Source: Octopus sinensis
Lineage: Eukaryota
Assembly (NCBI RefSeq): GCF_006345805.1
Contig: NC_043001.1
Span: 15,004,001-15,068,000 of the forward strand
DNA: 64,000 bases
Direction of reading: 5' to 3'
Shown one piece after another: positions 36,066 through 50,540 of this stretch (within the stretch, counting starts at the first letter, position 1; every line of letters begins with the position of its first letter). Position numbers and translations under genes: made by a program. A model generated the notes under the pieces. The model ran no database searches. It was not told where the DNA came from and saw only the letters and a list, made by a program, of their open reading frames with translations.

Positions 36066-36388
36066 GAAGGCACATGGCTCAGTGGTTAGAGCATCGAGCT
36101 TATGATCATGAGGTTGTGAGTTCGAATCCCGGACCAGGCTGCGTGTTGTGTTCTTGAGCAGGACACTATATTTCACGTTGTTCCAGTTCACTCAGCTGTA
36201 GAAATGAGTTGCGACATCACTGGTGCCAAGCTATATTGGCATTTGCCTTTCCCTTGGATAACACTGGTGGTGTGGAGAGGCGAGGCCAGTACGCATGGGC
36301 AACTGCTGGCCTTCCATAAACAACCTTGGGAGGGTAACTTTCTAGCTGCAATCCCACGGTCAGTCGTGACTGAAGGAGGTCTCCACTC
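36066..36388 (+). mobile_element. SINE family C
   Basis: ggcacatggctcagtggttagagc...gagttcgaatcccgg followed by the family body. Confidence 0.82.
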
Positions 36389-36594
36389 CACATCTCCACT
36401 GTGAGTAAATGAGGGTTGCTTGTATGTTTCTGTCACTGAGCTGCGGCCATGCTGGGGCACTACCTTGAAAGGTTAAGTGAAGCAAATCAACCTCTGCCAA
36501 ACTACCAAGCCATGGGGTTGCAAGCAAACCAACACTGTGATGGTGGGTAGGTAGGGGATCATGAATACAAAGACAAACACATACATACATATAT

Positions 36595-36754
36595 ATAGGT
36601 ACAGGTGTGCTGTGTGGTAAGAAGCTTGCTTCCCAACCACATGGTTCTGAGTTCAGTCCCACTGCATGGCACCTTGGGCAAGTGTCTTCTAATATAGCCT
36701 TGGGCCGACCAAAACCTTGTGAGTGGATTTGGTAGACAGAAACTGAAAGAAGCC

Positions 36755-36800
<46 letters not shown>

Positions 36801-37022
36801 ATGTATGTATTTTTGTGTCTGTGTTTGTCCCCCCCACCATCACTTAACAGCCAATGTTGGTCTGTTTACATCCCTGTAACTTAGTGGTTTGGCAAAAGAG
36901 TTTGATGGAATAAGTACTAGGCTTACGAAGAATAAGTGGTGGTGTCGATTTGTTTGACTAAAGGTGGTGCTCCAGCATGGCCACAGTCAAATGACTGAAA
37001 CAAGTAAAAGAATAAAAGAATA
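36595..37022 (+). mobile_element. SINE family A, full length
   Basis: Same structure as the other family A copies. Confidence 0.85.
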
Positions 37023-37318
37023 AATATGTGTGTATATATATATATATATATATCATCATCATCATCATCGTTTAACGTCCGTTTTCCGCGCTAGCACGGG
37101 TTGGACGGTTTGACCGGGGTCTGGGAAGCCAGGGGCTGCTCCAGGCTCCAGTCTGATCTGGCAGAGTTTCTACGGCTGGATGCCCTTCCTAACATCAACC
37201 ACTCCGCGAGTGTAGTGGGTGCTTTTTACGTGCCACCTGCACAGGTGCCGGGGGGGGGGGGTCCAGCATCGGTCACGATCGGTTGGAGCTTTTAACGTGC
37301 CAGCGGCACGGAAGCCAT

Positions 37319-37368
<50 letters not shown>

Positions 37369-37962
37369 TAACAGGCTTCCTCACAGTCTTCATCTACTGA
37401 GTAATTCATTTGTAAGGCATTGGTCAGATTGAGTCTTCAGCAGAAGACACTTGCCGAAGATACCATACGGTGGGACTGAACTTGAAACCATGTGTTTGCA
37501 AAGCAAGCTCCCTAACCACACGGCCATGCCTGCACCTGTTTTGGAGACATTACTTAACTGGGTACAAAATATTAAAATATATATGAGTGGGTACATAGTT
37601 TTATCATCAACAGCATCAAAACATTTAACAAAGTTTTCCATGCTGGCATGGGTTGGATGGCTTGAGAGAAGCTGATAGGGCCAGGGGCCACATCAGGCTC
37701 CATAGCCTGTTTTGATTTGGTTTGTACAGCTGGGGATCCTTCTCATTGCCAGCCACTTTACAGAGTGTTCTGGGTGCATTTTATGTGATGCCAGCACCAG
37801 TGGTTTTTACATGGCACTAGCATCAACAATGTCAATAAGTAACTTGCAGGACCCCCCCCCCACTAAAATGATTCTGGTCTTTTATGCAATTTCCAATGCT
37901 AGTCGATGAAGAAGAAGAAAGAACCCTTTCTCAAAAGTTGCTGTAGTTTGAAGCAGTATACC

Positions 37963-38203
37963 TATTTCTTTATTGCCCACAAGAGGCTAAATACAGAGAG
38001 GACAAACAAGGACAGACAAATGGATTAAGTCGATTATATCGACCCCCCCCCCCCCCCAGTGCATAACTGGTACTTATTTAATCGATCCCGAAAGGATGAA
38101 AGGCAAAGTCGACCTCGGCGGAATTTGAACTTAGAACGTAACGGCTGACGAAATACGGTTATGCATTTTGCCTGGCGTGCTAATGTTTCTGCCAGCTCAC
38201 CAC
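37963..38203 (-). mobile_element. SINE family B, antisense, with an expanded poly-C run
   Basis: Full-length match; the cgacccc motif is expanded to a long C run at ~38043-38057. Confidence 0.85.
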
Positions 38204-38800
38204 CCTATACCATGAAATGGAGTTATTTTCAAAGTAGAAACTTGGTTTTGAATGCTTGTGATGGAGTGGACGTTGTTAAAAGAACCCAAAGAGCCAGGTA
38301 CTGCTGCAACCAAAAACAGACAACGAAACTGTCCAGGAAGAGATTTCTCTCTCGTCCACAACTTAATACTCTCAAACTAGACTTAAGCACCAACTGTTAA
38401 ACTCTCCCGTGGGTGTTTAGGAAACATTTACCTATATTTTTCTCGCATCTAAACATGTTTGCTTCAACTTCCTTATTTACACACACCAAGCAGACGTTAG
38501 ACGACAATGATGATGGTGACCATCACCAATAGATTGACTGTCGCTCTAAAGCAAGGAAATTTGAGGTTTATTTCTTTTTTTTCTTTTTCTTCTATAATCC
38601 TGCTTTACTTTAAAATAATAATAATAATAATAATAATTATGTATATAAATTTATATTTCTTTATTGCCCACAAGGGGCTAAACATAGAGGGGACAAACAA
38701 AAACAGACAAAGGGATTAAGTCGATTACACCGACCCCAGTGCGAAACTGGTACTTAATTTATCGACCCCGAAAGGATGAAAGGCAAAGTCGACCTCGGCA

Positions 38801-39078
38801 AAATTATTGTATACAGTGCTCAGGTGCACCACAACTTGTCAGAAAGTGCATATAAAGCATATGCAGCAATGTACAAATGTCTGGAAAGTGAACAATGCAT
38901 GAGTCAGGTACATGCTTGTGTGTGTATGGAGGGGAGAAAATCAGGTGTAGTGTTAGCGAATCTCAGGAAGCATGGAAGTTTTGAAGGATGCAGTGCTCCG
39001 ACAACTAACAACTGATGCCCGCAGTTTGTTCCATGCTTCAGCAACTCTTAGAGTGAAAAAAATGTTTCCGAAAGTCAC
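38801..39078 (-). mobile_element. CR1-clade LINE 3' fragment (same family as 21195-21545)
   Basis: Nearly colinear with the 21.2 kb copy (aaattattgtatacagtgctcaggtgcaccacaacttgtc...). Confidence 0.85.
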
Positions 39079-39892
39079 AACTTTATATCACATGTCCCAC
39101 ACAGCACATATGTTAGCCAGTAGGGGTGGTTAAATAGGGTATGAGACATTTTGGTGCTGCCTATCTGGCATCACTGACTCAACACTAACTTAATTGGCAT
39201 CATTCGTTTTGGTGTCTCTCTTGTCCTCTCTCTCTCTGTGAGCATCTAATTAGGTTTCTCTCTCCCTCTCTTTCTCCTTCTCTCTTACTCTTTCTCCCCT
39301 GCTCTCTTCCTCCCATTTCTCTCTCACTTTCCCTCTTTCGTTCTCTCTCTGTGTAGATCTTTTACTGTTTTACTTGTTTCAATCATTAGGCTGTGGCCAT
39401 GCTGGGGCACCACCTTGCAGAATTTTTAGTTGAACGAATCAACCCCAGTAGCTATTTTTTTCTCTTAAGTGGCATGTAAAAAGCACTATTCAAACGTGAT
39501 CGATGCCAGGGTCACCTGCCTGGCCCACGTGCTGGTGGCATGTAAAAGCATCCACTACACTCTCGGAGTGGTTGGCATTAGGAAGGGCATCCAGCTGTAG
39601 AAACCTTGCCAGTGTAGCTGCTGGTGTAGCTGCTGGCTCTCCAGACTGTTCAGTCAAACAGTCGAACCCATTCCAGCATGGGAAACGGACATTAAACAAT
39701 GATGATTATGAGATATATATATATTATATATATATATATATACCATAAATTCCAGGAGGTATGAAAGGTGTATATATTTATTTAACCAAGTCTTTCTGTG
39801 ATAACCACATGGTTCTGTGAATCCCTATATTTCACTACAAATTCATCCATGCCAGCATGAAAGGCGGATATTAAGTGATGAGGATGATGATG

Positions 39893-39921
<29 letters not shown>

Positions 39922-39923
<2 letters not shown>

Positions 39924-40298
39924 GGTGCAGGAGTGGCTGTGTGGTAAGTAGCTTGCTTACCAACCACATGGTCTCAGGTTAAGTCCCACTGTGTGACACC
40001 TTGAACAAGTGTCTTCTACTATAGCCTCGGGCTGACCAAAGTCTTGTGAGTGGATTTCGTAGATGGAAGCTAAAAGAAGCCCATCGTGTATGTGTGTGTG
40101 TGTGAGTGTTTGTTTCCCCAACATCGCTTGATAACCGATGCTGGTGCATTTACATCGCCCTAACTTAACAGTTCAGAAAAAGAAACCGATGGAATAAGTA
40201 TCAAGCTTACAAAAAATAAATCCTGGGGTCAATTTGCTTGACGAAAAGTTGTACTCCAGCATGGCCACAGTCAAATGACTGAAACAAGTAAAAGAATA
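39922..40298 (+). mobile_element. SINE family A
   Basis: ggtgcaggagtggctgtgtggtaag ... aaatgactgaaacaagtaaaag. Confidence 0.85.
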
Positions 40299-42395
40299 TA
40301 GAGTTTATGACATCGTTTTTAACATCCCTTTTTCCATTCTGGACAGATTAACAGGAACCAACAAGCTAGAGGGCTGTGCTGAGCTCCAAAGTCTACTTTG
40401 ACATGGTTGCCATGTATGGATTCTTCTTCTTAACACCAGTCACTTCACAAAGTGTAACAGGGTGCTTATTTATGTGTCACTGGCACTAGTGAATTCACCG
40501 TATAACTCACAAGTCAAGAACCCTCAGTTGAATGAGGATTAGCATTGAGGGGCAGGGGTGACCTTATGCTATGTGGTGAGAGGTTTAGAGTATGATGGAG
40601 GGACAATGCAGCAGGACAGTCAGAAAAGGTGCTGAACTGTCCATAATCACAAGTACAGGCAAAATGTTCATTTTTCAAGGTACCAGCACTGGTGAGGTCA
40701 TCAAGTACTTGCTAGACAACTGAAGGGGTGTTATATTGGAGGTACATCATCAGCATTTAATGCCCGTTGTCCATACTGGCACAGGTTGTACAGTTTGACT
40801 GGGCTGGCATGCTGGAAGGCTGCACCAGGCTCCAGTTTGATTTGTCATGGTTTTCAAAGGCTGGATGCCCTTCCTAATGCCAACTGCTCCGAGAGTGTAA
40901 TGGGTGCTTTTAAATGCCACTAGAACAAGTACCATTTGCATGACACCAGTATCTTCCACGACTACGATTTTGCTCGGATTGATGGGTCCTCTTCTCAAGC
41001 ACAACATAATGCCAAAGGTCTTGGTCATTGCCTCCCAACGCTCAAAAGGAACTCGGCCACTTTGCCTCCATGAGACCCAACACTCATTCAGGAGACAACG
41101 GTGTTGTGTGATTTAAGGGACATTTGGGCGCTATTTCAGCAAGTTGATAAACCACATAGAAGCCCTCTTGTTAGCTAAACATAAGAATACGTATGTGTAT
41201 TTGTACTTTAATAGGACTGTAAGGATGTATTTAAAGTACAAAAAGAAGAGTGCACCATGAAGTAGACCCCAGTTGATTGGTTACCGATACCCTATTTCAG
41301 AGCTTCAAGTAAAATTAGTTCTTATGTCTACCCCGCACCCCCGTTCTCTCTTTCCCCTAAATCGGTATTTATTGTTTTAAATTAATAGAGCAAAAGTTTG
41401 TCCACAGGATGCTTAATTACAGTTTATATTTGATCTCTTGGTAAATAGTGGAGGCACGTGGCTTAGTGGTTAGGGTGTCAGCATCATAATCCTAAGATTG
41501 TGGTTTCAATTCCTGGACCGGGCGACGTGTTGTGTTCTTGCGCAAAACACTTCATTTCACGTTGCTCCAGTCCACTCAGCTGGAAAAAATGAGTAACGCT
41601 TCGATGGACTGGCGTCCCATCCAGCTGGGGAACACATATGCCATAGAAACCGGGAAACCGGACCCATGAGCCTGGCTAGGCTTTAAAAGGGCACATTTAT
41701 TTATTTTATTTTTTCTTGGTAAATAGATCAATATATAGCTTGGAAGGAACTTCCAACTTGATGTATCTCCTTTACAGCAAAACACCTCATCACCTGGCAC
41801 AAATCCCCCTCTCCCTCAACTATATTTACTCCATTCACACTCATTTGAGGAGTGGGGGGTCTTGTCTTGTAAGTTACTCAGGGACCTCACTGGTGCTGGT
41901 AGTATGAAAAGAGCATCTGGTAAAGTTGTAGGCATTAGGAAGGGTACCCAGCCATAGAAACCATGTCGAAGCAGACATTGGAGTTTGGCACAATTATGTG
42001 GCTCATGTGTTCATATCAAACCATCTTGACCAATGCCAGCACATGGGTGGGTGGAGTGGTGGGGGTAACTGCCTCTCTGTTGGTTACCAGTTCCAGTTGA
42101 TCCAATCGACCGATCAACCTGCTCATGAGATTAATGTTCAAGTGGCTGAGCACTCCACAGATGCACGTACCCTAAGATAAGTTCTCGGGGAGATTCAGTG
42201 TGACGCTGAATGTGACAAGGATGGCTCTTTGAGATACATTTATGCTGGCTGAGTTGACCGGAGCAACATGGTATAAAGAGTCTTGCTCAAGGACACATGT
42301 TGCTGGATATCGAACTCACAACCTTACAATCACAAGCTGAAACCCTAACCACTTAGCCACACATCTTCACTGTCAACTTGGGAAACTGATATTGA

Positions 42396-42434
<39 letters not shown>

Positions 42435-43000
42435 AGGAGAAAAGGTTGTTTAGGGTTTGCTGAAATGATAGGAATTCAAGAAATGATAATTTTTTCTTTT
42501 TTAACCGGTAGCATTCATAAGTTTTATGATTGATAAGAAAGTAAATTCCTGCGCTTTATTTATTATTATTTTGTTTTGCTTCCGACCCCCAAAAATTACA
42601 AATGTTTAGACACTCTCTGGTATTTCACCTATTCCCCTATTTTACTAACCAGCTTCAGTTCCAACAAAGATACAGCTGCTACAGACATATACACAAAGAG
42701 GGAAAGGTCTTAGCACGGCTAAACACAACTAAATGCTCTGCTAAGAATCCCTATATATATGATATTTACTAATTAAAGAAATTAATCTGTATTTTCATTA
42801 ATATGTGATGCCAATTAAAATGTCTACTTAACAAAACTTTGGTTTCTTATATCTGCTGCAGGTGTTTTAGAATGGTATTTGAGCCAATTTTCTTCACTTC
42901 CTCTTTAAATAGCAGGAGATTTCTTTGCAGAAAAACAATTCCAGTGATTTTTGTGTAAAACAAGAATTACAAGTTTTCTTTGCTCACTTCTTGTTCACGT

Positions 43001-43044
<44 letters not shown>

Positions 43045-43554
43045 ACACACATAGAGTCAGTTAGGAAAATAAATTTTAAATGTTTCCGTAAATGATTTAT
43101 TTAAATAAGGAAAATAGATTAAATATTTTTTCTCCTCATTTTTTAATTATTGTTTGTTAAGCCAAAAGCTTTAAAAAATCCAATATTTATTACACACAAG
43201 AAAGAAAAGAGAAAAAGAGGCATGAAATGATAATTTAACCCCAGGTCTGCTCTGAATGAGAAAACCTATAAATCAAAGTTGCACCGGTCATGACCATTCC
43301 ATCTTCTTTGTGTGTCTATCTAGGAGTACATTATCCACTGTGTGTTTTCTTTTTTAAGATGACAGAGTGCAATTTCAAGGAATTTGGCTGCTATTACTAG
43401 CTTGTTGAGCAACTGCACAAAGGTTACCTCCAGCGTTTGATAACCTCAAGACAATATGTTATGTATTCAATATTGTATTTAGAATGATAGTAACTACAAA
43501 GCTATTGGTTGGTCTTCATCATCTTATTATATAATGCAAAGCTGTACCAATAGA

Positions 43555-43720
43555 GGTGCCACCTCCTACAAACAGAACAGGGTTGCACGGGGCACAAAGA
43601 AAACAGAGCCGACTCCTTGCCTTCAGTCCCAGTAGGCCACCAGTGCCGGCCAACCTGCAGCAGAGCCTTCTAAGCAGGCATCTGACTGATTGACCACAGC
43701 TGGACACACTGTGCCCCCTG
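43555..43720 (+). mobile_element. Degenerate RTE LINE 3' end
   Basis: Translates to ...HQCRPTCSRAF*AGI*LIDHSWTH, resembling the C-terminal C2H2 motif (CPxCxRxFxxxIGLxSHxRTH) of RTE ORF2; contains stops. Confidence 0.5.
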
Positions 43721-43777
43721 CAACCGGCTTCTTTTCTCATATCATTGTCAACAGAAAAATCATCATTATTATTATTA

Positions 43778-43985
43778 AGGGGGGCGAGTTGGCAGAATTG
43801 TTAACAAGCCAGGCAACATGATTAGCAGTACTGCATCTGTCGCTACATTCTGAGTTCAAATTCCACCGAGGCTGACTTTGCCTTTTATCTTTTCAGGGTC
43901 AATTAAATAAGTACCAGTTACGCACTGGGGTCGATGTAATTGACTTAATCCCTTACCCCAAATTTCAGGCCTTGTGCTTCCAGTA
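43778..43985 (+). mobile_element. SINE family B
   Basis: Match to the family pattern. Further copies at ~18038-18258, 38653-38800, 44350-44565 and 59575-59785. Confidence 0.8.
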
Positions 43986-44005
43986 TTATTATTATTATTA
44001 TTATA

Positions 44006-44290
44006 TAGGCGTAGGAGTGACACTGTGGTAAGCAGCTTGCTTATGAACCACATGGTTCTGGGTTCAGTCCCACTGCGTGGCACCTTGGGCAAGTGTCTTC
44101 TACTATAGTCTCGGGTCGACCAAAGCCTTGTGAGTGGATTTGGTAGATGGAAACTGAAAGAAGCCTGTCGTATATATACTAGGCTTCCAAAGAATAAGTC
44201 CTGGGGTCAATTTGCTCGACTAAAGGCAGTGCTCCAGCATGGCTACAGTCAAATGACTGAAACAAGTAAAAGAGTAAAGAGAGAGTAAAA
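44006..44290 (+). mobile_element. SINE family A, internally deleted
   Basis: Head and tail present; the segment after the microsatellite is missing. Confidence 0.8.
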
Positions 44291-44322
<32 letters not shown>

Positions 44323-44589
44323 GTAGTAGTAGTTTTATTATTATTACTAAGGTGGCGAACTGGCAGAATCGTTAGTGCGTTGGACGAAATAATTAGTGGT
44401 ATTTTGCCCGTTGCTACATTCTGAGTTCAAATTTCACTGAGGTTGACTTTGCCTTTCATCCTTTCGGGGTCAATAAATTAAGTACCAGTTGAATACTGAG
44501 GTCAATGTGATCAACTTGCCCGCCTCCCCCCCAAATTTCAGGATTTGTGCCTATAGTAGAAAAGATTATTATTATTATCATAATATAAT

Positions 44590-44907
44590 GGCATCTTGGG
44601 CAAGTGTCTTCTGCAATAGCCCCGGGCCGACCAATGCCTTGTGAGTGGATTTGGTAGACGGAAACTGAAAGAAGCCTGTCGTATATATGTATATATATAT
44701 ATATATGTATGTGTTTGTCCCCCTAGCATTGCTTGACAACCGATGCTGGTGTGTTTACGTCCCCGTCACTTAGCGGTTCGGCAAAAAAAGAGACCGATAG
44801 AATAAGTACTGGGCTTACAAAGAATAAGTCCTGGGGTCGATTTGCTTGACTAAAGGCGGTGCTCCAGCATGGCCGCAGTCAAATGACTGAAACCAGTAAA
44901 AGAGTAA
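44590..44907 (+). mobile_element. SINE family A, 5'-truncated
   Basis: Starts at ggcatcttgggcaag; nearly identical to the body of 30430-30858. Confidence 0.85.
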
Positions 44908-46028
44908 TGCTACAGGTATTAAAAAAAAAATAAGAAAAAAATTATCAATAGATAATAAATTAGTTCTGCCATATTCTATCAGCTGTGAGCTTGTGCAGAT
45001 CTAAGAATCTACTACTATGAATGTAAGGAAAATGATGTGCAGGTTCAATACCCAGCTTCTCCTTTTCAGCTTGATATGAGCTTCACTTCTTGTGTTCTCT
45101 ATCAAAAGCGAAGTCTTCAAGACTCAAATGGTACCTGGCCCCATTTGTAGCACCTTTTAAGCTTATTTTCCTTTGTATGAAAACCCTTTACTCTGCGAAT
45201 GTGCGGAGTGGATTTCTTCTTGAAATATCTAATATGTTATTATCATATTCACTCCTGCGATGTGTGAATGGAATGTGGCACTTAACAAAAGTTAGAGAGT
45301 CTGAGAAAGAGATTTGCTGCATCTAAATAAACAATACGATGATGCAGCTGTGCTTACTTAATAGCAAGTCTGCTCCAGTGCGGAGAGAAGAGAATGTGTC
45401 TCAATGCAGCACTTGCTCTCATTCACCTCTCTCCGTTCAGTCATCTGTTGCTTAAATATATATATGTGTGTGTATGTATATATATATATATTTATCTTTT
45501 ATTAAACTTTTAATACTTTTGATATTTATATAAAAAAAAAAATAAATTAATTAATAAATAAAATAATATATAAATATAAAAATATACATACATATATATA
45601 TATATTTAAAATTTATAAATTTAAATTATTTAAATAATTTTTTTATTTTTAACTTTTATATTTTAAAATTAATTTTATGTTTGGCTTATGTTTTTCACTG
45701 TTTGATTTGCCTAATAGTGGTTTTATCTCTAATTTAATTTAATATAATATATATATATATGTGTGTGTGTGTGTATGTATATATATCTTTTCACATTCAC
45801 TACTGAACCATTTTACTTTCTGTAATCTGCACTTTGCAGTTTCACCTCTGGCTGTGATTTCCAATGTGAAAATGCTTTGATCTTTACTTTGAGTTCGTTT
45901 GTGTCATAAAACCATTATCATTTATTTACAACCTGTCTAGCTTTTTCTTATGATTTACAAAGATCAAGCCGAATCTATTTTTAATGAAATTTCCCTTTAT
46001 GTCCAGAATGCCATAAAGCAGACATTGG

Positions 46029-46075
<47 letters not shown>

Positions 46076-47629
46076 AATACATACAGGTATAACTTTGTGA
46101 GGTTATTCCTTTAATCTTCTTCTAAGGTAATCCATCAGGCTTAGAGGCAGAAAATAATTATGTTGCAGACACTTTCAAAAATATCAATAGATTCTATAAA
46201 ATGAAGGGGCGAAAACTCTGAATGGCAGACAAACTGCCCCGTCTGCAGCATGTCTGCTATAAACACACACTCCCTTAACAATTATTCTAAAATACTCCAA
46301 ACAAATGCCCCCTGCCTGCTTTGTCTAAATAACATTGTCACACTGTCTAGCTAATAAGTAACTCAACCTGACATTTCACTTGTTGTTTCTCTGACTACTA
46401 TAATACAAGTCCCTTAAATGAACTGACTGACCCTATTGGTTAACTGTCCTAGAACAGTACATTGGCAGGGAAACGATATGTCGCCAACACAGAGCCCAGC
46501 AGTGCCTTGCAACAGACAAACGTTGTTTACTTTGTCTTTCCCCCTGATTAGTCTGAAATACTCAATAGTGTTACATCCTAAATTTTGTACTTGATTACTC
46601 TTTCGAGAAGGCGTGGTGGGTAAGGAGGAGCTGGAGGTGGGTGCCCATGGCAGTGGCAGCGGTGGTGATGGTGGTGGTGGTAGTGGCATGAATGGTCATA
46701 TTTCAACCACATTCTCTCTCTCTCTCTCTCTCTCCCTCCAGCCTGCATCAATGCTAACAATCCTGTGTATTTCAACCGAGATTATCACACCATAATATTT
46801 ACACTGAAACCAACACTGTCATCCGGTGCTTTCATTCAGAACCATTGTAAGAACACGGTTCAAACATTTCTCTTATCTGTCACTTATTCTCTTGTTATTC
46901 CACCTCCACAACTATAATTAGATTAATGAAGCCATGGGAGGAAAGTGGAGTGAAGTATCTTGCTCAAACACCTGTAGCAACATATTAAAGGGTCAGGTGT
47001 GATATCATCTACTCAAGTTAGATAATGGTTTTTCTTCCTTTTTTTCTTTCGTTTCAGTCATTTGGCTGTGGCCATGCTGGAGCACCACCTCAAAGGGTGT
47101 TGGTTGAAGAAATTGACCGCTGGGCTTATTCTTTGTAAGCCTAGTATTTATTCTATTAGTCTCTTTTGCTGAACTGCTAAGTTATGGTGACATAAACACA
47201 CCAGCATTGGTGGGGGATTGGTGGAGGACAAACAAATACACACACACGTATATATCATCATCATTTAACGTCCGTATTCCATGCTAGCATGAGTAGGATG
47301 GCACCAAACATCTGACTGTTTTGGCGGGATTCTTACAGCTGGAGACTGGCATTGACCACATTTGGATGGTGCTTTTTATGTGCCACCGGCACAGGAGCCA
47401 TCGGCGGGGGGGGGGGCACAGGAGCCTGTCAGGTAGACATATAAACATACAACCACACACACATATAATGAATATGTTGGTGCAGCCAAAAGTGAAGAAG
47501 TTCACTCTTCAACTATGGGGTCCTAGGTTTGACCCTATTCTGTGGCATCTTAGGCAAGTATCATTTCCTATAGCCTTGGATCAACCCATACCTTGTAACT
47601 GAAATTGGGTAGACAGGTACTGTATAGAT

Positions 47630-47848
47630 CAGTGCTTTTCAAACTTTTTGCTGGAGCGGAACCCCAAGAAAACATTCCACTGGCTCGAGGAACCCCTGTG
47701 CAATAATTTAATAGTCTTATGCACACATATCTGCACAGGAGAATTAAAAATTACTGTCGATTTTAGCATTTTTGTAACTTCTTGCGGAACCCCTGGACTG
47801 TACTGGTGGAACCCTAAGGTTCCGTGGAACCCTGGTTGAAAACCACTG
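47630..47848. mobile_element. hAT-type MITE with 8-bp TSD
   Basis: TIRs cagtgcttttcaa / ttgaaaaccactg; perfect TSD gtatagat at 47622-47629 and 47849-47856. Confidence 0.88.
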
Positions 47849-48053
47849 GTATAGATGCTTGCTGGCTAAGATTCTATGTGTAATGCAACAAGTACAACCA
47901 TGTCTTACTAATTCTGCCTGAGGATTATGTGAGGAGCAATCACATCTGTGGAATATTCAATCACTTACATCTTAAGTCAGTACTAAGTAATTTGGCTAAT
48001 TGAGCAACTAAATCCTCGTTATTGAACAATGAAGACCCATTGTCACTATATTC

Positions 48054-48235
48054 CAGTGCTCTGCAACCGTTTCTCACTTGCTGTATACGTATATTCTCTT
48101 CAAAATTCAGCGGCACACCTGTAAAATATAATTAAAAGTATAGGGGAAAAAATTATATTCAGGTGACACTGTGGCACACCTAGCATCGTTTTAAGGCACA
48201 CCATTGTGCTGTGGCATACTGGTTGCAGAGCACTG
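48054..48235. mobile_element. hAT-like MITE
   Basis: Perfect 15-bp TIR cagtgctctgcaacc / ggttgcagagcactg; no TSD recognised. Confidence 0.7.
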
Positions 48236-49129
48236 TCCTCGCTTAACGTCCATGGGTTGGATGGTTTGACAGGACCTGACGTGGCCCAAGAACTGCCTTA
48301 TATTCTAGTACCTGCATTGGCAGGGTTTCTGCTGGTGGATGCCCTTCCTAATGCCAACCACTTTACAGTGTACTAGGTGATTCTTTTTTTTTTTTTGTAC
48401 CACTAGCACTAGTGCAGTTGCCATGACTAACAAACGCCAATGGAGTTCTAACAAAGGTAGGGGTAACACATTTCTTGAGAGGATTTAGTCATTTCAGTTG
48501 ACTCCAGTGTTTTAATGGTACACATTTTATTGACCTTGTTGTTGTTTGTTCCTTCTCAAGCTATGCCTGGCTCATAAGGGTCGGTTTCCCAGTTTCATTG
48601 GCGTATAGGTTCCCCACCTGATCCGTCACAGGTGAGCTGCTAGATGTAGGAGGAAGTGAGAGAAAGTTGTGGCAAAAGAGTCAGCAGAAGTTTGCCATTA
48701 CCTTCTGCCAGAGCTGTGGGGAGCTTAGGTGTTTTGCTCAGACACCGGTCCTTCGCAGGTGAGCTGCTGGATGCAGGAGGAGAGAGTGAGAGAAAGCTGT
48801 GGCGAGAGAGTCAACAGAAGTTCACCATTACTTTCTGCTGGAGTCACATGGAGCTTAGGTGTTTCACTCATAAAAGCATACATTGCCTGGTCTGAGATTC
48901 GAACCCACGATCCCTTGACCACGAGTCCACTGCTCTAACCATTTGGCCACATGCCTCCACTTATTGATGTTGAAAAGACGAAAAGCAAAGTTATTCCAAT
49001 GAAATAATAAAGAACTTATATACAATGCTCAAATACAATTCGACTCAGCAGAAAGAGTAGCCAAATGTACACATGCAGATTACGTAGAATAATGCACAGG
49101 AAGTAATCAGTGAATGACTTATTAAAAAG

Positions 49130-49430
49130 ACTAAAAGGGGTTGGAGGATATCAGGTATTCTTTTGGTGTATTTCAGGAAGCATGGAAGTTTTTGGAGGAT
49201 GTAGTGTCTCAACAACTAACAAATGATGTGGGTGGTTTGTTCCATGCTTCAATAATTCTGAGCACGAAAGAATGTTTCTGGAAGTCATGGGTGCTGTGTT
49301 TTTTTCATTTTCCTGTTTTCGATTTTGTCCATGAGTGTTAGACATATGGAATTCAAAAAGGGGTCCAAGGTTGTCGTTGGAAAGATGGTGGAAAGTCTTG
49401 TGGGTGCCTACCAAGTCAGTCAATACTATT
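49130..49430 (-). mobile_element. Diverged CR1-clade LINE 3' fragment
   Basis: DLVGTHKTFHHL...LFEFHMSNTHG then ...cagaattattgaagcatggaacaaacc (RIIEAWNK); related to the two copies above. Confidence 0.7.
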
Positions 49431-50508
49431 GGCCAGAGGGTTTGACTTGTACTTTGCTTTTCTTTCCTCCAGGGTCAATTAAATAAAATTAACTTTATCT
49501 TTTATTTTTTACTTGTTTCAGTCATTAGACTTTAGCCATGCTGGGGCACCAACTTGAAAGATTTGTTTCTGTTGAACAAATGGACCCTAGAGTTTTTTTT
49601 TTCCTTTAAAGCCTGCTCTTTAGCCTATCAGTCTCTTTTGCTGAACCACAAGGCTAAAGGGATGTAAACACACTAACACCGGTTGTCATGCAGTGGTGGG
49701 GCACAAACACAGAACCAAAGACTTATATATACACACAGACATATATATATATATATACAATGAGCTTCTCTCAGTTTCTCTACCAAATCCATTTGCAAGG
49801 CACCATGTAGAAAGCACCCAGTCTGTTCTGTGAAGTGGTTGGCATTAGGAAGGGCACCCAGCAGTAAAAACCATGCCAAACAAACAACTGGAACCTGGTG
49901 CAGCCTTCTGGTTTGCCAGCTCCTCTCAAACTGTCCAACCCATGCCAGCATGGAAAGCAGACGATAAATGTTGATGATGATGATGACAGATATCATTCCA
50001 GTAATCTTGTTATCAATGGTAACCAACACAACACAACACAAAATCAGATTCTTCAGAAGAGATTAGGGATAATCCAGTTCCTATTTTCTCACTACTGAAG
50101 TCAGAAAAGAAAGCGGTTACAACCAACAACTGGAGTTTTAATTACCATTTAATTAATAACCGAAAACCAATTTGAAGTGTCAGAGAAATTTAAAACAAAA
50201 CTTCATTTAATGAATTAGAACAAACATTGCACAAAGTAAATAAATATAAAAAATAAAACATGCATAAGGATAAAGTTAATCCTGTGTAATAACATCATAG
50301 AAAAGCCAACATCTGGAATTTTGAATAGTTTCATACTATAATAAACGTCCCTTGAAGGATTATAATTGTAGGTCCTTGGCTTGATTAAATCTATCTATCT
50401 ATCTATCTCTTCTGCGTGGCACCTTGGGCAAGTGTCTTCTACTATAGCCTCAGGCCAACCAAAGCCTTGTGAGTGCATTTGGTAGACGGAAACTGAAAGA
50501 AGCCGTCG

Positions 50509-50540
<32 letters not shown>

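Noticed and set aside
36066-36140. tRNA gene (also at 942, 1888 and 41450)
   Set aside because: A and B boxes are present, but the acceptor stem does not pair and the sequence runs straight into a shared SINE body; these are SINE heads.
38210-38400. Possible extra minus-strand exon with a hydrophobic stretch (FWLQQYLALWVLLTTSTPSQA)
   Set aside because: No ATG, an in-frame stop before the donor-like site, and no phase fit with the gene model.
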